A DNA stretch of 64,000 nucleotides, taken from NCBI GenBank assembly GCA_043800705.1, contig JAZDMS010000018.1:1-64000 (forward strand), read 5' to 3'. Positions 10,125-18,665 of the stretch are shown here, one piece after another. The notes beneath the pieces were generated by a model. It saw only the letters and a program-made list of their open reading frames with translations. It was not told where the DNA came from and did not search any database. Positions within the stretch are counted from its first letter, which is position 1, and each line of letters begins with the position of its first letter. Position numbers and translations under genes: made by a program. Origin of the DNA: Candidatus Altiarchaeota archaeon. GTDB taxonomy: Archaea; Altiarchaeota; Altiarchaeia; IMC4; SCGC-AAA252-I15.

Positions 10125-10794
10125 AAAAAGTTATGAACCACCACAAAACATTGAAGACTTGATGAGAGTATATTATGGGCCGGCTATGGGCGGTGAGAAA
10201 GTATCAAGTGATGAGATTAATCGTTATGGAGATTTTATCCGAACAAGAGTTATTTCGCCGCATTTAGAACGCTTAGTTGGGAAGCTATTAGCTCCCTTTG
10301 GAGAATTGGTTAGAGTCAAGGAAAATCGACAGAACAAAGTTCCAGATTTTGAGATAAAGGACAAACGAATTCAAGTGGAGATTACTTCGATTAATACATC
10401 TGTCAAAAAGAATGTTTGCGGTTCGCGTTTACCCTTGAACTTACCCAAAAATGAGGCGGACACTATCCCTAAGGTAAATAGATGCATAGACCATATAAGC
10501 CTTAAGAAGGGGGAGAAAGATTCGAATCATCAATTATGGGGTATCATATTTTATGATTGCATACTAGCTACACTAAAAAAGTTTTATGTTCTAATTTCAG
10601 AAAAAAACACTATTACCAAGACCAAATTTAAAAATTCAAATCTAGATGCACTGTTCTTTATATGTAGGCCATCCTCGATAAGTGGAGTATCCTCAGAAGA
10701 ACTGTACCCCCCAATGATTTACGTGAAAAATAAACATCTTGCGAGCCAACTTTCGAGGATTACGGAGGCTACAATAGTGGAGGTGGGTGCATGA
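10117..10794 (+). CDS. AT-rich hypothetical protein, possible PD-(D/E)xK-fold nuclease
   Basis: KVPDFEIKDKRIQVEITSI resembles PD...ExT/K; start overlaps the RM gene stop. Confidence 0.55.
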   Translation: MDKKSYEPPQNIEDLMRVYYGPAMGGEKVSSDEINRYGDFIRTRVISPHLERLVGKLLAPFGELVRVKENRQNKVPDFEIKDKRIQVEITSINTSVKKNVCGSRLPLNLPKNEADTIPKVNRCIDHISLKKGEKDSNHQLWGIIFYDCILATLKKFYVLISEKNTITKTKFKNSNLDALFFICRPSSISGVSSEELYPPMIYVKNKHLASQLSRITEATIVEVGA

Positions 10795-10869
10795 TTCATT
10801 TTTCCGGTGCTCGCGGTGGTTTTAAATGTTTTTAGGGGCCAATGGATATTGTTGTTTTTGGTGATTTGA

Positions 10870-11118
10870 GTGGATGCTGAGAAGTCTTTGGTGGTGTTTC
10901 AGGGGAAGGAAATACGGAGGGTCTGGCAAGATGGGGGGTGGTGGTTTGTGCTGGAGGATATTGTCTCGGCCTTAACCGACTCTAAAGACCCTAAACAGTA
11001 CATCAAAAAGATGCGGCAGCGCGATGAACCCCTTTCTGAAGGGTGGGTACAGATTGTACCTACCCTTTCCGTGGACACGCCAGGCGGCAAACAGAAGATA
11101 AACTGCGTTAATCCCTGA
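10870..11118 (+). pseudogene. Truncated Bro-N domain (antirepressor-like) gene
   Basis: FQGKEIRRVWQDGGWWFVLEDIVSALTDSKDPKQYIKKMRQRD ... TPGGKQKINC, then an abrupt stop; homologues normally continue. Confidence 0.7.
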
Positions 11119-11195
11119 ATATGAAGGTCAAGGAGGAAGGTTTTTAGTTGTGCGATAAAATCGTACGACCTCAGTTGTCCCCGATTTGGGTACGG

Positions 11196-12515
11196 CTATT
11201 GTCCGATTTTGGGATTTTCCGCGAGGCCGAGTCCGAGGCTTGAGCCGACTATCTTCTTTATCTCCGCCGGGTTTGCGCCGAGCCTTATGAGCGTCGTCGA
11301 TCCCCTTATCCCGGTCCCGGAGAGCGTTAGTGTGACGAGGCCGAGCATCTCCAGCTCCTTCAGGTATTCGCCGAACCAGCGCATCGTCCTCTGCGCCCTG
11401 TTGAGGGCCTTGCAGGTGCGCTCGTATGATTCGTAGACCTCCCCCGAGAAGAGGACGTCCGACGGCGTTTCGGAGAGCCTCCTGTACTGGCTGCCCCTGC
11501 TCATCAGGTCGGCGATCGAGAACAGGGCGATCTGCTGGTGCTCCGGCAGCGTGGTGATGATCTCGTTGAGTATGTCCTCCTCTACTTTGGCCTTCGCTTC
11601 GACGACGTCCTCCCGCTTGACCCTCTTCCTCCTGTGGGCTTGGGCGATCTCCCCGGCCTTCTGCAAAAGGCGCAGGCCGTAGCGGGCGTCGCCGTTCGTC
11701 TGGGCCGCGTATGCGGCGATGAGCGCGATGTTCGACGAGCTGATGCTCCCCTTCTTGAAGCCCGCCTTCACGCGGTTGGCGAGTATCGTCTTAAGCTGGT
11801 TAGCGTTGTACGGCTTGAACACTACCTCCTCCTCGCACAGGGCGCTCTTAGTCCTCGGGTCCAGGTTCGCCTTGAAGGAGTAGCTGTTCGAGATGCCGAT
11901 TATCGACACGCTGCCCCTCCTCGGCGCCTTCGCCACCTCGATCTCCTTGATTTCGTCGTTGACCCTCGTCAGCATGTAAAGGATCTCGTCGACCTCCTTT
12001 ACCATGTCGACCTCGTCGAGGACGACTATGAGATTTATCGCATTGGATTCGACGACCTTCTTCAGCCTCGAATACAGCTCCGTCGGCGAGCGGCCGCCGA
12101 GGTTCCCGTTTCTCACACCCTCAAGCGGCCTGTTCGAGAGGCCTTCGAGCGTCAGCGCCTCGTTCTCGAGTATCTTAAGGAGGATCTGGTATTTGCTGTT
12201 GTATCCGAGCCTGCAGTTCATGTACGCGGATATGATGTTGACTGTCCCCTTCGCCTTCGCGGACTCCGCGAGCGTGAGGTCGAGTTCGCGCAGGATGTTC
12301 TTGATGACGCTCGTCTTCCCGGTTCCGGTCTTCCCGTAGAGGAAGAGGTTGTTGGGCTTGATCCCCTTGAGCAGGGAGGTGAGTGTGCTGATTATGCATG
12401 TGATCTCGTTCTTCCGATAGGGCAGCTCCTTCGGGACATAGTGGGGGCTCAGGACGCCCAGGTCCTTGAACAGGCCCGAGTCCTTCGCCTCAAGATCGAA
12501 GAGTCTGCCGTGCAT
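11196..12515 (-). CDS. cdc6: Orc1/Cdc6 replication initiator
   Basis: YVPKELPYR, GKTGTGKT, VVLDEVD, FKPYNANQL, GDAR, C-terminal winged helix. Confidence 0.92.
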   Translation of the reverse strand: MHGRLFDLEAKDSGLFKDLGVLSPHYVPKELPYRKNEITCIISTLTSLLKGIKPNNLFLYGKTGTGKTSVIKNILRELDLTLAESAKAKGTVNIISAYMNCRLGYNSKYQILLKILENEALTLEGLSNRPLEGVRNGNLGGRSPTELYSRLKKVVESNAINLIVVLDEVDMVKEVDEILYMLTRVNDEIKEIEVAKAPRRGSVSIIGISNSYSFKANLDPRTKSALCEEEVVFKPYNANQLKTILANRVKAGFKKGSISSSNIALIAAYAAQTNGDARYGLRLLQKAGEIAQAHRRKRVKREDVVEAKAKVEEDILNEIITTLPEHQQIALFSIADLMSRGSQYRRLSETPSDVLFSGEVYESYERTCKALNRAQRTMRWFGEYLKELEMLGLVTLTLSGTGIRGSTTLIRLGANPAEIKKIVGSSLGLGLAENPKIGQ

Positions 12516-12680
12516 TTTAGGCGATAATATAGGATTGACTTAATAAAATACGGTCCTGGAGCCTGGGACGGCATTATGGGGCAATCGCAGACCCGTCGTC
12601 GGAGGGATAGATTATATTAATAAGCACCAACAAACAATAATATTGTGTCATCATATGATTCGCTTTTGTGAGGTGTAATA

Positions 12681-13068
12681 ATGGTGTTTAAAAAGTTTTT
12701 AGGAGGAGGGGGGGGGCGGTGGTGACGATGCGAGAAGAGGCAAGGACGAGATAGACATCGAAGACTACCTGAACGATCTGAGCGTAAGGGACGGCAAGAT
12801 AATCGAGAACGAGGACATCACCTACGTCAAGCCCCTGGAACTGGACAACGACGGCAAGGGCGTCGGCAACGTCCTGGCTGAGCTTGAAAAAGGCAACATC
12901 ATTGTCCTGAACGTCAAAAACCTCCTGCACAACAAACAGCTACTGAAGGGGATAGTGAAGGACCTCAGGGACGCCTGCGTAGAGATGGATGGAGACATCG
13001 GCAGGGTATCGGAGGACAAGCTGCTTGTCGTGCCGACCGGGATGAGGATAGTCTCAAAGAACGGCTGA
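12681..13068 (+). CDS. sepF: Cell division protein SepF, frameshifted at a G9 tract (12708-12716)
   Basis: Not in the ORF track. Removing one G gives MVFKKFLGGGGGGGDD ... YVKPLEL ... ELEKGNIIVLNV ... EMDGDIGRVSEDKLLVVPTGMRI (128 aa); GAGGTG ribosome-binding site at 12670. Confidence 0.82.
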
Positions 13069-13077
13069 GTATCCCCA

Positions 13078-13833
13078 ATGGATGCCAGAGTCAAGACCGG
13101 AATCCCCGGATTGGACGAGCTTCTTGGCGGCGGACTGCCTGCCGGGGGGACTTACGTCGTCGTAGGCGGCTCCGGCACGGGCAAGAGCATCCTTTCGTTC
13201 GAGTTCCTCTACCGCGGAGCCCTCGACTACAACGAACCGGGCGTATACGTCACCCTCGAAGAGGACAAGGACAGGCTCCTTGCGAACATGGGACTCTTCG
13301 GCTGGGACGCCGCGGCCATGCAGGCGCAGGGGAAGCTCAGGATAGTGCCCTACACCCGTTCCGTCATGGGCGACGTCGAAGCCACCCTCGAGAAGGGGAT
13401 GATGGCAGGCGACCACGAACGGATCGGGAGGATGCGCCAATACCTCACAGTCGACTCCCTGTACAGGGAGATCGAACAAAACTGCAGAGCGACCGGAGCC
13501 AGGCGCGTCGTCATAGACTCACTCACCGTCCTGACTCTTATGGCTGACACCCAGCTCGTGTCCAGGATGCAGCTTCTGTGGCTTCTGGAAAAACTGAAGA
13601 AACTAAACATCACGACGATAGCCACCCTCGAGGAAGGCATCGGATACTGGCACGACCTCACGTTCCTCGCGGACGGGATAATCTACCTGTCGATGCGGGA
13701 GAAGGCCGGCATATTCGAACGCGGCCTGTTAATAGGAAAGATGAGGGGAACGTCCCACGACGCCGGCATCAGGCCATTCAGGATTACCGACAAGGGGATA
13801 ACCGTATACCCCAACGAAGTCATAGTCAAATAG
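13078..13833 (+). CDS. KaiC/RAD55-family ATPase
   Basis: RVKTGIPGLDELLGGGLP, GGSGTGKS, VTLEE, VVIDS, KMRGTSHD. Confidence 0.92.
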   Translation: MDARVKTGIPGLDELLGGGLPAGGTYVVVGGSGTGKSILSFEFLYRGALDYNEPGVYVTLEEDKDRLLANMGLFGWDAAAMQAQGKLRIVPYTRSVMGDVEATLEKGMMAGDHERIGRMRQYLTVDSLYREIEQNCRATGARRVVIDSLTVLTLMADTQLVSRMQLLWLLEKLKKLNITTIATLEEGIGYWHDLTFLADGIIYLSMREKAGIFERGLLIGKMRGTSHDAGIRPFRITDKGITVYPNEVIVK

Positions 13834-14538
13834 TCAGCCGAACACCGATTCGTTCGGGAAGACGACAAGTCCGTTGTCGGTGATCTTCATCGGCCTCAGG
13901 TGCTTGTCGAAGCTGGATCCGCGGATCTTCTGTATGCTGATTGCGCTGACCTTCTCCCCGTCGCTTTCGATGAGGTGCAGCTTCAGGACGCCGCTCGTGA
14001 GGAACTCCTCCATCTGTGTTTCGGGGCTTTCCAACTCGGATGTGATGAGCGTCGTGCAGCCCGTTGATTCGAGGAAGTTTATGAATCCGAGAAGCTCCCT
14101 CCTTGCCTCTGTCCTGCTTTCGTAGAGTATCTTGATGCTTGTAAGCGAGTCGACGACGATCCTCTTCGGCTTGTACTGGATAATGATGTTCCTTATGGTC
14201 TCGACGAGGGTTTTGAGGTTGAACTCCGGCTTCGAGATGACTCCCGCGGCCTTGATGGACCATATTCCCGACGCCATGTCCTGCATGGTGTCGAGTATCC
14301 TGATCCTGTTCAGGTCCCACCCGAATGTTGTCATGTCCTCCTTCAAGGCGGAGGCCTGCTCCTCCAAGGCGATGTACAGGCCGCGTTCGTTCTTCTTTAC
14401 GCCGTCCATGAGGTACTGCATGCACATTATCGTCTTGCCCGCGCCCGGGCCGCCTGTGACCAGGTAGCTCCTGCCGGGAAGGAGTCCGCCGTGCATCATC
14501 TCATCCAGGCCGTCGACTCCCGTAGACACTCTCTCCAT
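13834..14538 (-). CDS. KaiC/RAD55-family ATPase
   Basis: MERVSTGVDGLDEMMHGGL, GGPGAGKT, ALEE, IVVDS, KIRGSSFD. Confidence 0.92.
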   Translation of the reverse strand: MERVSTGVDGLDEMMHGGLLPGRSYLVTGGPGAGKTIMCMQYLMDGVKKNERGLYIALEEQASALKEDMTTFGWDLNRIRILDTMQDMASGIWSIKAAGVISKPEFNLKTLVETIRNIIIQYKPKRIVVDSLTSIKILYESRTEARRELLGFINFLESTGCTTLITSELESPETQMEEFLTSGVLKLHLIESDGEKVSAISIQKIRGSSFDKHLRPMKITDNGLVVFPNESVFG

Positions 14539-14614
14539 ATGTGTAAAATTACGTTTAGCCAATAAAAAGACCTGCTCTGGGGATGCCTACGTTCCAATCA
14601 TCTATTCCGTCCCA

Positions 14615-15160
14615 TCATCCGAGCCTGAATCTTCCGATCTCCGTATATGTCGGACCATTTGGCGTTAGCCTGCTTTGCATCAGCGCGAATCCGTCGACGC
14701 AATATTCCCCGAATGCCGTCTCCGAATGGGATTCGACCAGGGCCTCCATCCGATTCCCGTCGGTGGGTCCCTTGACCCTTGCCAATGTAATATGCGGGTG
14801 GAATCGTTCCTCAGGCTGGAAACCGAGCGGAAGAAGCGCAGTGTCGACCTTTTCATGCAGGCTTATCGACTCATCAAAGCCGGCACCGATACCTGCCCAT
14901 ATAACCTTCGGATTCCCAGGATTCGGGAAGGCGCCGACGCCCTTGACGACGATCTTGTATCGGCTGGCCTTCACCCCGTCGAGGACGGCCTTCAGCCGGT
15001 CCAGCCCTGTCTCATCAACCTCGCCCAAAAACTTCAGCGTGAGATGGAGGTTCTCGTATTCGACGGCCTTCAGACCGCCGCAGAGGCTAAGCTCATACTG
15101 GACTTCAGCCAATCTGTCCTTTATTTCTTCAGGGCATTCTATTGCTAAAAAGCACCTCAT
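14615..15160 (-). CDS. thpR: RNA 2',3'-cyclic phosphodiesterase (2H family)
   Basis: MRCFLAI, HLTLKFLGE and FHPHITLAR (two HxT motifs), SRLTPNGPTY. Confidence 0.92.
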   Translation of the reverse strand: MRCFLAIECPEEIKDRLAEVQYELSLCGGLKAVEYENLHLTLKFLGEVDETGLDRLKAVLDGVKASRYKIVVKGVGAFPNPGNPKVIWAGIGAGFDESISLHEKVDTALLPLGFQPEERFHPHITLARVKGPTDGNRMEALVESHSETAFGEYCVDGFALMQSRLTPNGPTYTEIGRFRLG

Positions 15161-15175
15161 CCTATATTACCTCCT

Positions 15176-16372
15176 CTAGTCGACGGATTTGTCGGGCATT
15201 TGCCGGTACATCTCACCGAATGCGCCAACTTCTTCATCAGCCAGTCCGGCTCCATCCCCGCCTCCTGCCAGGTAGTTGGCCAGTTTTCGCCTAAATTTTA
15301 GGATCTCCTCGTCTGTGGCACGCCATGGCCTGGCCTCAATCGGGTACCTAATCCTCTCGAAATCGCATGGATTAGACAGGAAGTCTGCGATGACCTTCAC
15401 ATCCTCCCGTTCGATGGGAAAATGGGAATTTCCGCCGTCTCCGCTTTTATGGCGCAGTCCCTTAAGGGCTTTGGGGAGTGCATCTAACCGGTATCTGCCG
15501 AACACCCTCTGCATGTAGTCTCCGCCCCTGCATTCATCCAGCAGCATCGTCTTTATCGCCGCGGGATTGAAGAGCGACAGCGCCGAAGTGAAGCCTTCCG
15601 GATATCTGCCCCTCAAAACTTTTACCTGTTCCCGCATCCAGCCTGGCCAGGAGCCCTTGGCATCAGACTCTAATATATTCTTCTTCATATGCCTCTTTGA
15701 ACTCGTTGGGATTCCGACATCCACGCCCGCCGACTCCCGTATGGGGATGTCACAATAAGGCTTATTAAGGACTTCGCAGAGAGTATTTCTGTTGTTGCGG
15801 ACGCATTGTGTGGAGTTCGTGCCCATGAAGACACCGCCTACATGGCCGTTTCCCGGGCGCTCCCCGAGGATTTTATACAGGCTGTCTGCATTTATGTGTT
15901 GCTTGAAAAAGATAATCCTTGCAGGGGGGAAATGCTTGAGTGCATTCGCAAAAAACCACAGTTCGTCATAGGGGCTGCTGAAGCCCATTTTCGCAAGCTG
16001 CTCTGTCTTCCTCTGCCACGCTAAATTGTCACGGAATATGTCCCTCGGATGGCTTTCGTATAGCTGGTGACCTATATGGTCGCCCAATTTCTTATACTCC
16101 TCCTCAGACACCCTGTTGCCGACCGCAACCAGGATTGCGGAGGGATTGGCAGCCTCCCCCCCGATTATTCCAAGCATCCTGTCTGCGGACTCGAGCTCAT
16201 CCATCATATAGGCGACCTCAAACGGCTTGGTGTTCCACCCCTCATTTAGACGGAAGTTGTGGCTCAGGTAGAATGGGTGGACTACGCCGACAATCCGGAC
16301 CCTCTCCGAGCCGCGCAGCCTGGGGAACTCAGCATCATCCCCCTGACGCCTCTGCAGTTGCGCTAAGGTCAT
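15176..16372 (-). CDS. Hypothetical protein (lineage-specific orphan)
   Basis: 398-aa ORF filling the gap between nac and thpR, with visibly more A/T-ending codons; no family recognised. Confidence 0.6.
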   Translation of the reverse strand: MTLAQLQRRQGDDAEFPRLRGSERVRIVGVVHPFYLSHNFRLNEGWNTKPFEVAYMMDELESADRMLGIIGGEAANPSAILVAVGNRVSEEEYKKLGDHIGHQLYESHPRDIFRDNLAWQRKTEQLAKMGFSSPYDELWFFANALKHFPPARIIFFKQHINADSLYKILGERPGNGHVGGVFMGTNSTQCVRNNRNTLCEVLNKPYCDIPIRESAGVDVGIPTSSKRHMKKNILESDAKGSWPGWMREQVKVLRGRYPEGFTSALSLFNPAAIKTMLLDECRGGDYMQRVFGRYRLDALPKALKGLRHKSGDGGNSHFPIEREDVKVIADFLSNPCDFERIRYPIEARPWRATDEEILKFRRKLANYLAGGGDGAGLADEEVGAFGEMYRQMPDKSVD

Positions 16373-16409
16373 ACACTATTTTTATGCGGGCTGTCATAAT
16401 AATCAATCT

Positions 16410-16751
16410 ATGATGCCGGGCGGTATGAATCCGAAGCAGATGAAGAAGCTGATGAAGCGGATGGGGATAAAGTCCGACGAGATCGACGCCGAGCAGGTCA
16501 TCATCAAATGCGTCGACCGCGAGATAATCATCGACGAGCCGTCGGTCGTCAAGACCGTCATCCAGGGCCAGGAGATGTTCCAGATCCAGGGCAAGGTCCG
16601 CGAATCCGAATCCGAAGCATCGGTAGACATCAGCCAGGAGGACGTCGACATGGTCATGGCCCAGACCAAAGTGAACGAAGCGAAGGCGATAGCCGCCCTC
16701 GAGAAGGCCAAAGGCGACATAGCGCAGGCGATAATAGACCTGAAAAGCTGA
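16410..16751 (+). CDS. nac: Nascent polypeptide-associated complex protein
   Basis: MNPKQMKKLMKRMGI ... EDVDMVMAQT ... ALEKAKGDIAQAI. Confidence 0.95.
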   Translation: MMPGGMNPKQMKKLMKRMGIKSDEIDAEQVIIKCVDREIIIDEPSVVKTVIQGQEMFQIQGKVRESESEASVDISQEDVDMVMAQTKVNEAKAIAALEKAKGDIAQAIIDLKS

Positions 16752-16758
16752 TTGCCCC

Positions 16759-16793
16759 GTTCCCGGTTTTCAGTTTCCGGTTTTCTGATTCTT
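16759..16793. repeat. Degenerate heptamer tandem repeat (5 units)
   Basis: GTTCCCG GTTTTCA GTTTCCG GTTTTCT GATTCTT, immediately after the nac stop. Confidence 0.55.
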
Positions 16794-17492
16794 GGCCGGT
16801 TTCCTGCGCAGCTCAAGCAGGTATATGCAACTGGCTGTCGGCTTAGGCGGCCTGCCCCTGGTTTTTTGGGGCTGGATTTTCTCCGCATCACCCATCGCGT
16901 ATTCCAGGAACGGATTCATCGGACTGCCGCCCTCCCATTTTCGCCTCTTCATCTCGTACGTCAATTTCGCATATGTCCTGAGGTCTTCGCACCTGAGCCA
17001 TTTCGGGTCCCAATCGGGATAGCGGCCCATTTCGCCGGCAAGCCCCATATCTTCGGCCATATCCCAGAGGCGAAAGAGCGTTTTCCAATTGTATGAAGCT
17101 ATTTCTATCCTCCCCTTATCTGCCAGAAGGCTGTTGGCATTCTTGAAAAGCCCCCGGAATTCCGCCTCACTCATCCCCCCCTCCCCGACGAGGGGAACGT
17201 CCAATAGTATTCTCTTCGTCTTCACGCCCGTTTTGAGCAATTCGCCGATGTATTCGCCCATGCGGGAGGGGGCCACGGAGACGCCAGCCCCGGCAAGTTC
17301 CTTGACCCGCGAGGCAGATACGCTGCCTCCCGCCCTCCCATAAGCCGGGTCGACGGCGATGTAGAGCTTGGACGGGAACCTGCGGGCTTTTCGCTCCAAC
17401 AGGTCGCATCTTCCCGCACCGAACTCCAGTATCTCCGCAATCGCCGGCGCTCCATCAGAAAAAGCCTGCATCGGGCTCTTTGAGGCTTGCAT
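16770..17492 (-). CDS. Hypothetical protein with a divergent class I SAM-methyltransferase-like fold
   Basis: ILEFGAGRCDL, YIAVDP and LLADKGRIEIAS resemble TrmB-like motifs. Confidence 0.5.
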   Translation of the reverse strand: MQASKSPMQAFSDGAPAIAEILEFGAGRCDLLERKARRFPSKLYIAVDPAYGRAGGSVSASRVKELAGAGVSVAPSRMGEYIGELLKTGVKTKRILLDVPLVGEGGMSEAEFRGLFKNANSLLADKGRIEIASYNWKTLFRLWDMAEDMGLAGEMGRYPDWDPKWLRCEDLRTYAKLTYEMKRRKWEGGSPMNPFLEYAMGDAEKIQPQKTRGRPPKPTASCIYLLELRRKPAKNQKTGN

Positions 17493-17529
17493 CGGTTAAT
17501 TTTTAAGCGACATAAGGAAATATAAGCCA

Positions 17530-17985
17530 GTGGAAGCGGAAGAGGCATTCGATAAGATAATCAACGGCGTCTGCGTCGTCACAGTCAAGGCCGAAGGTAA
17601 AATCAACGGGATGACTGCGGCGTGGTATACCCGCGTCTCATTCTCTCCGCCCCTGGTGATGGTGTCGGTCGCGCCCAAGAGATTCACACACGGCCTCATC
17701 AAGAAGGCCGGCTCGTTCTGCATCAACATACTCGCCGAAGACCAGCTCCCCCTAGCCAAAGCGTTCGGATCCTCGAGCGGGAGGACGACCGACAAATTCA
17801 AGGGCGTCAAATACAAGGCGGGAAAAACGGGATCGCCGATACTCGAGGACACTGCGGCATACCTCGACTGCAGACTCGCGCACTCATACGAGGCAGGCGA
17901 CCACACACTATTCGTCGGGGAAGTCGTGGACGCCGGAGCATCCGAGAAGCGGCCGCTGCCGTCGAGGATGGAAGACTATTCCTGA
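17530..17985 (+). CDS. Flavin reductase family protein
   Basis: NGMTAAW, SFSPPLVMVSV, FCINIL, EAGDHTLFVGEV. Confidence 0.92.
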   Translation: MEAEEAFDKIINGVCVVTVKAEGKINGMTAAWYTRVSFSPPLVMVSVAPKRFTHGLIKKAGSFCINILAEDQLPLAKAFGSSSGRTTDKFKGVKYKAGKTGSPILEDTAAYLDCRLAHSYEAGDHTLFVGEVVDAGASEKRPLPSRMEDYS

Positions 17986-18557
17986 ACCTGTTTCACGGTT
18001 TCGTCGACGAGCTTCATCAGGTACCGCCTGCCTTTTTCCAGAGTGGCCTGCGTCGGGTCTCCAAGGATGCCGGATATGCTGTGGTCCTTCATCCTCCAGC
18101 CGTCCCTCTTCGGCCACGTGAACTCGTGCTTGCGGATATTCTCCTGCCTCACAAGGTCCGGTCGCAGGTGCATCATGATGCTGGTCTCGATCTCGCCTGC
18201 GTGATCGTATGGTTTGAATATGGTCGTGAGGTTCATATGCCTTACCCCCAGCTCCCTCAGGCATCTGTTGTTGCCTCCGTGGCCGTTGACGAAGACCACG
18301 TTCGGACCGCCGGCCTTCAGTACGGCGTCCTTGAACTCCTCCTCGGTCAGCGTCTTCGTCCCAGGGAAATCCATGTGCTCCGGGGAGAGCCCTACTTTTA
18401 TCGACTCTCCCAGTTTCGCACCGATTTGTGCTGCCGCCTCTTTAGCGACTGCCTCGGCGATCATAGTATCGGTCTCAAACGGCAGGTGGGGGCCGTGCTG
18501 CTCGAAGCTTCCGATAGGGACGAGCGTCAATACCCCCTTAGATTCCTCGATTTTCAT
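17976..18557 (-). CDS. Creatininase-family amidohydrolase (possibly ArfB-like)
   Basis: PIGSFEQHGPHLPFETD, SPEHMDFPGT, NGHGGN, DHAGEIETS. Confidence 0.88.
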   Translation of the reverse strand: MKIEESKGVLTLVPIGSFEQHGPHLPFETDTMIAEAVAKEAAAQIGAKLGESIKVGLSPEHMDFPGTKTLTEEEFKDAVLKAGGPNVVFVNGHGGNNRCLRELGVRHMNLTTIFKPYDHAGEIETSIMMHLRPDLVRQENIRKHEFTWPKRDGWRMKDHSISGILGDPTQATLEKGRRYLMKLVDETVKQVQE

Positions 18558-18665
18558 GGCCGTTATATATCCCTAATTGGCCCTTATTACTTACATGCGT
18601 GCACGGCTTCAGACTTGTGACGGAGCCTTTTATCAGCTGTTTCGCCGGATTTCTGGAGGATTCCA

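Noticed and set aside
11171-11213. Short imperfect repeat of the cdc6 3' end (CCCAAAATCGGACAATAG versus CCCAAATCGGGGACAACTGA on the minus strand)
   Set aside because: Too short and gapped to separate from chance or to call an att site
12516-12680. oriC next to cdc6
   Set aside because: No ORB-like repeats (TTCCAGTGGAAA with a G-string) are visible, and the AT-richness is explained by two promoters
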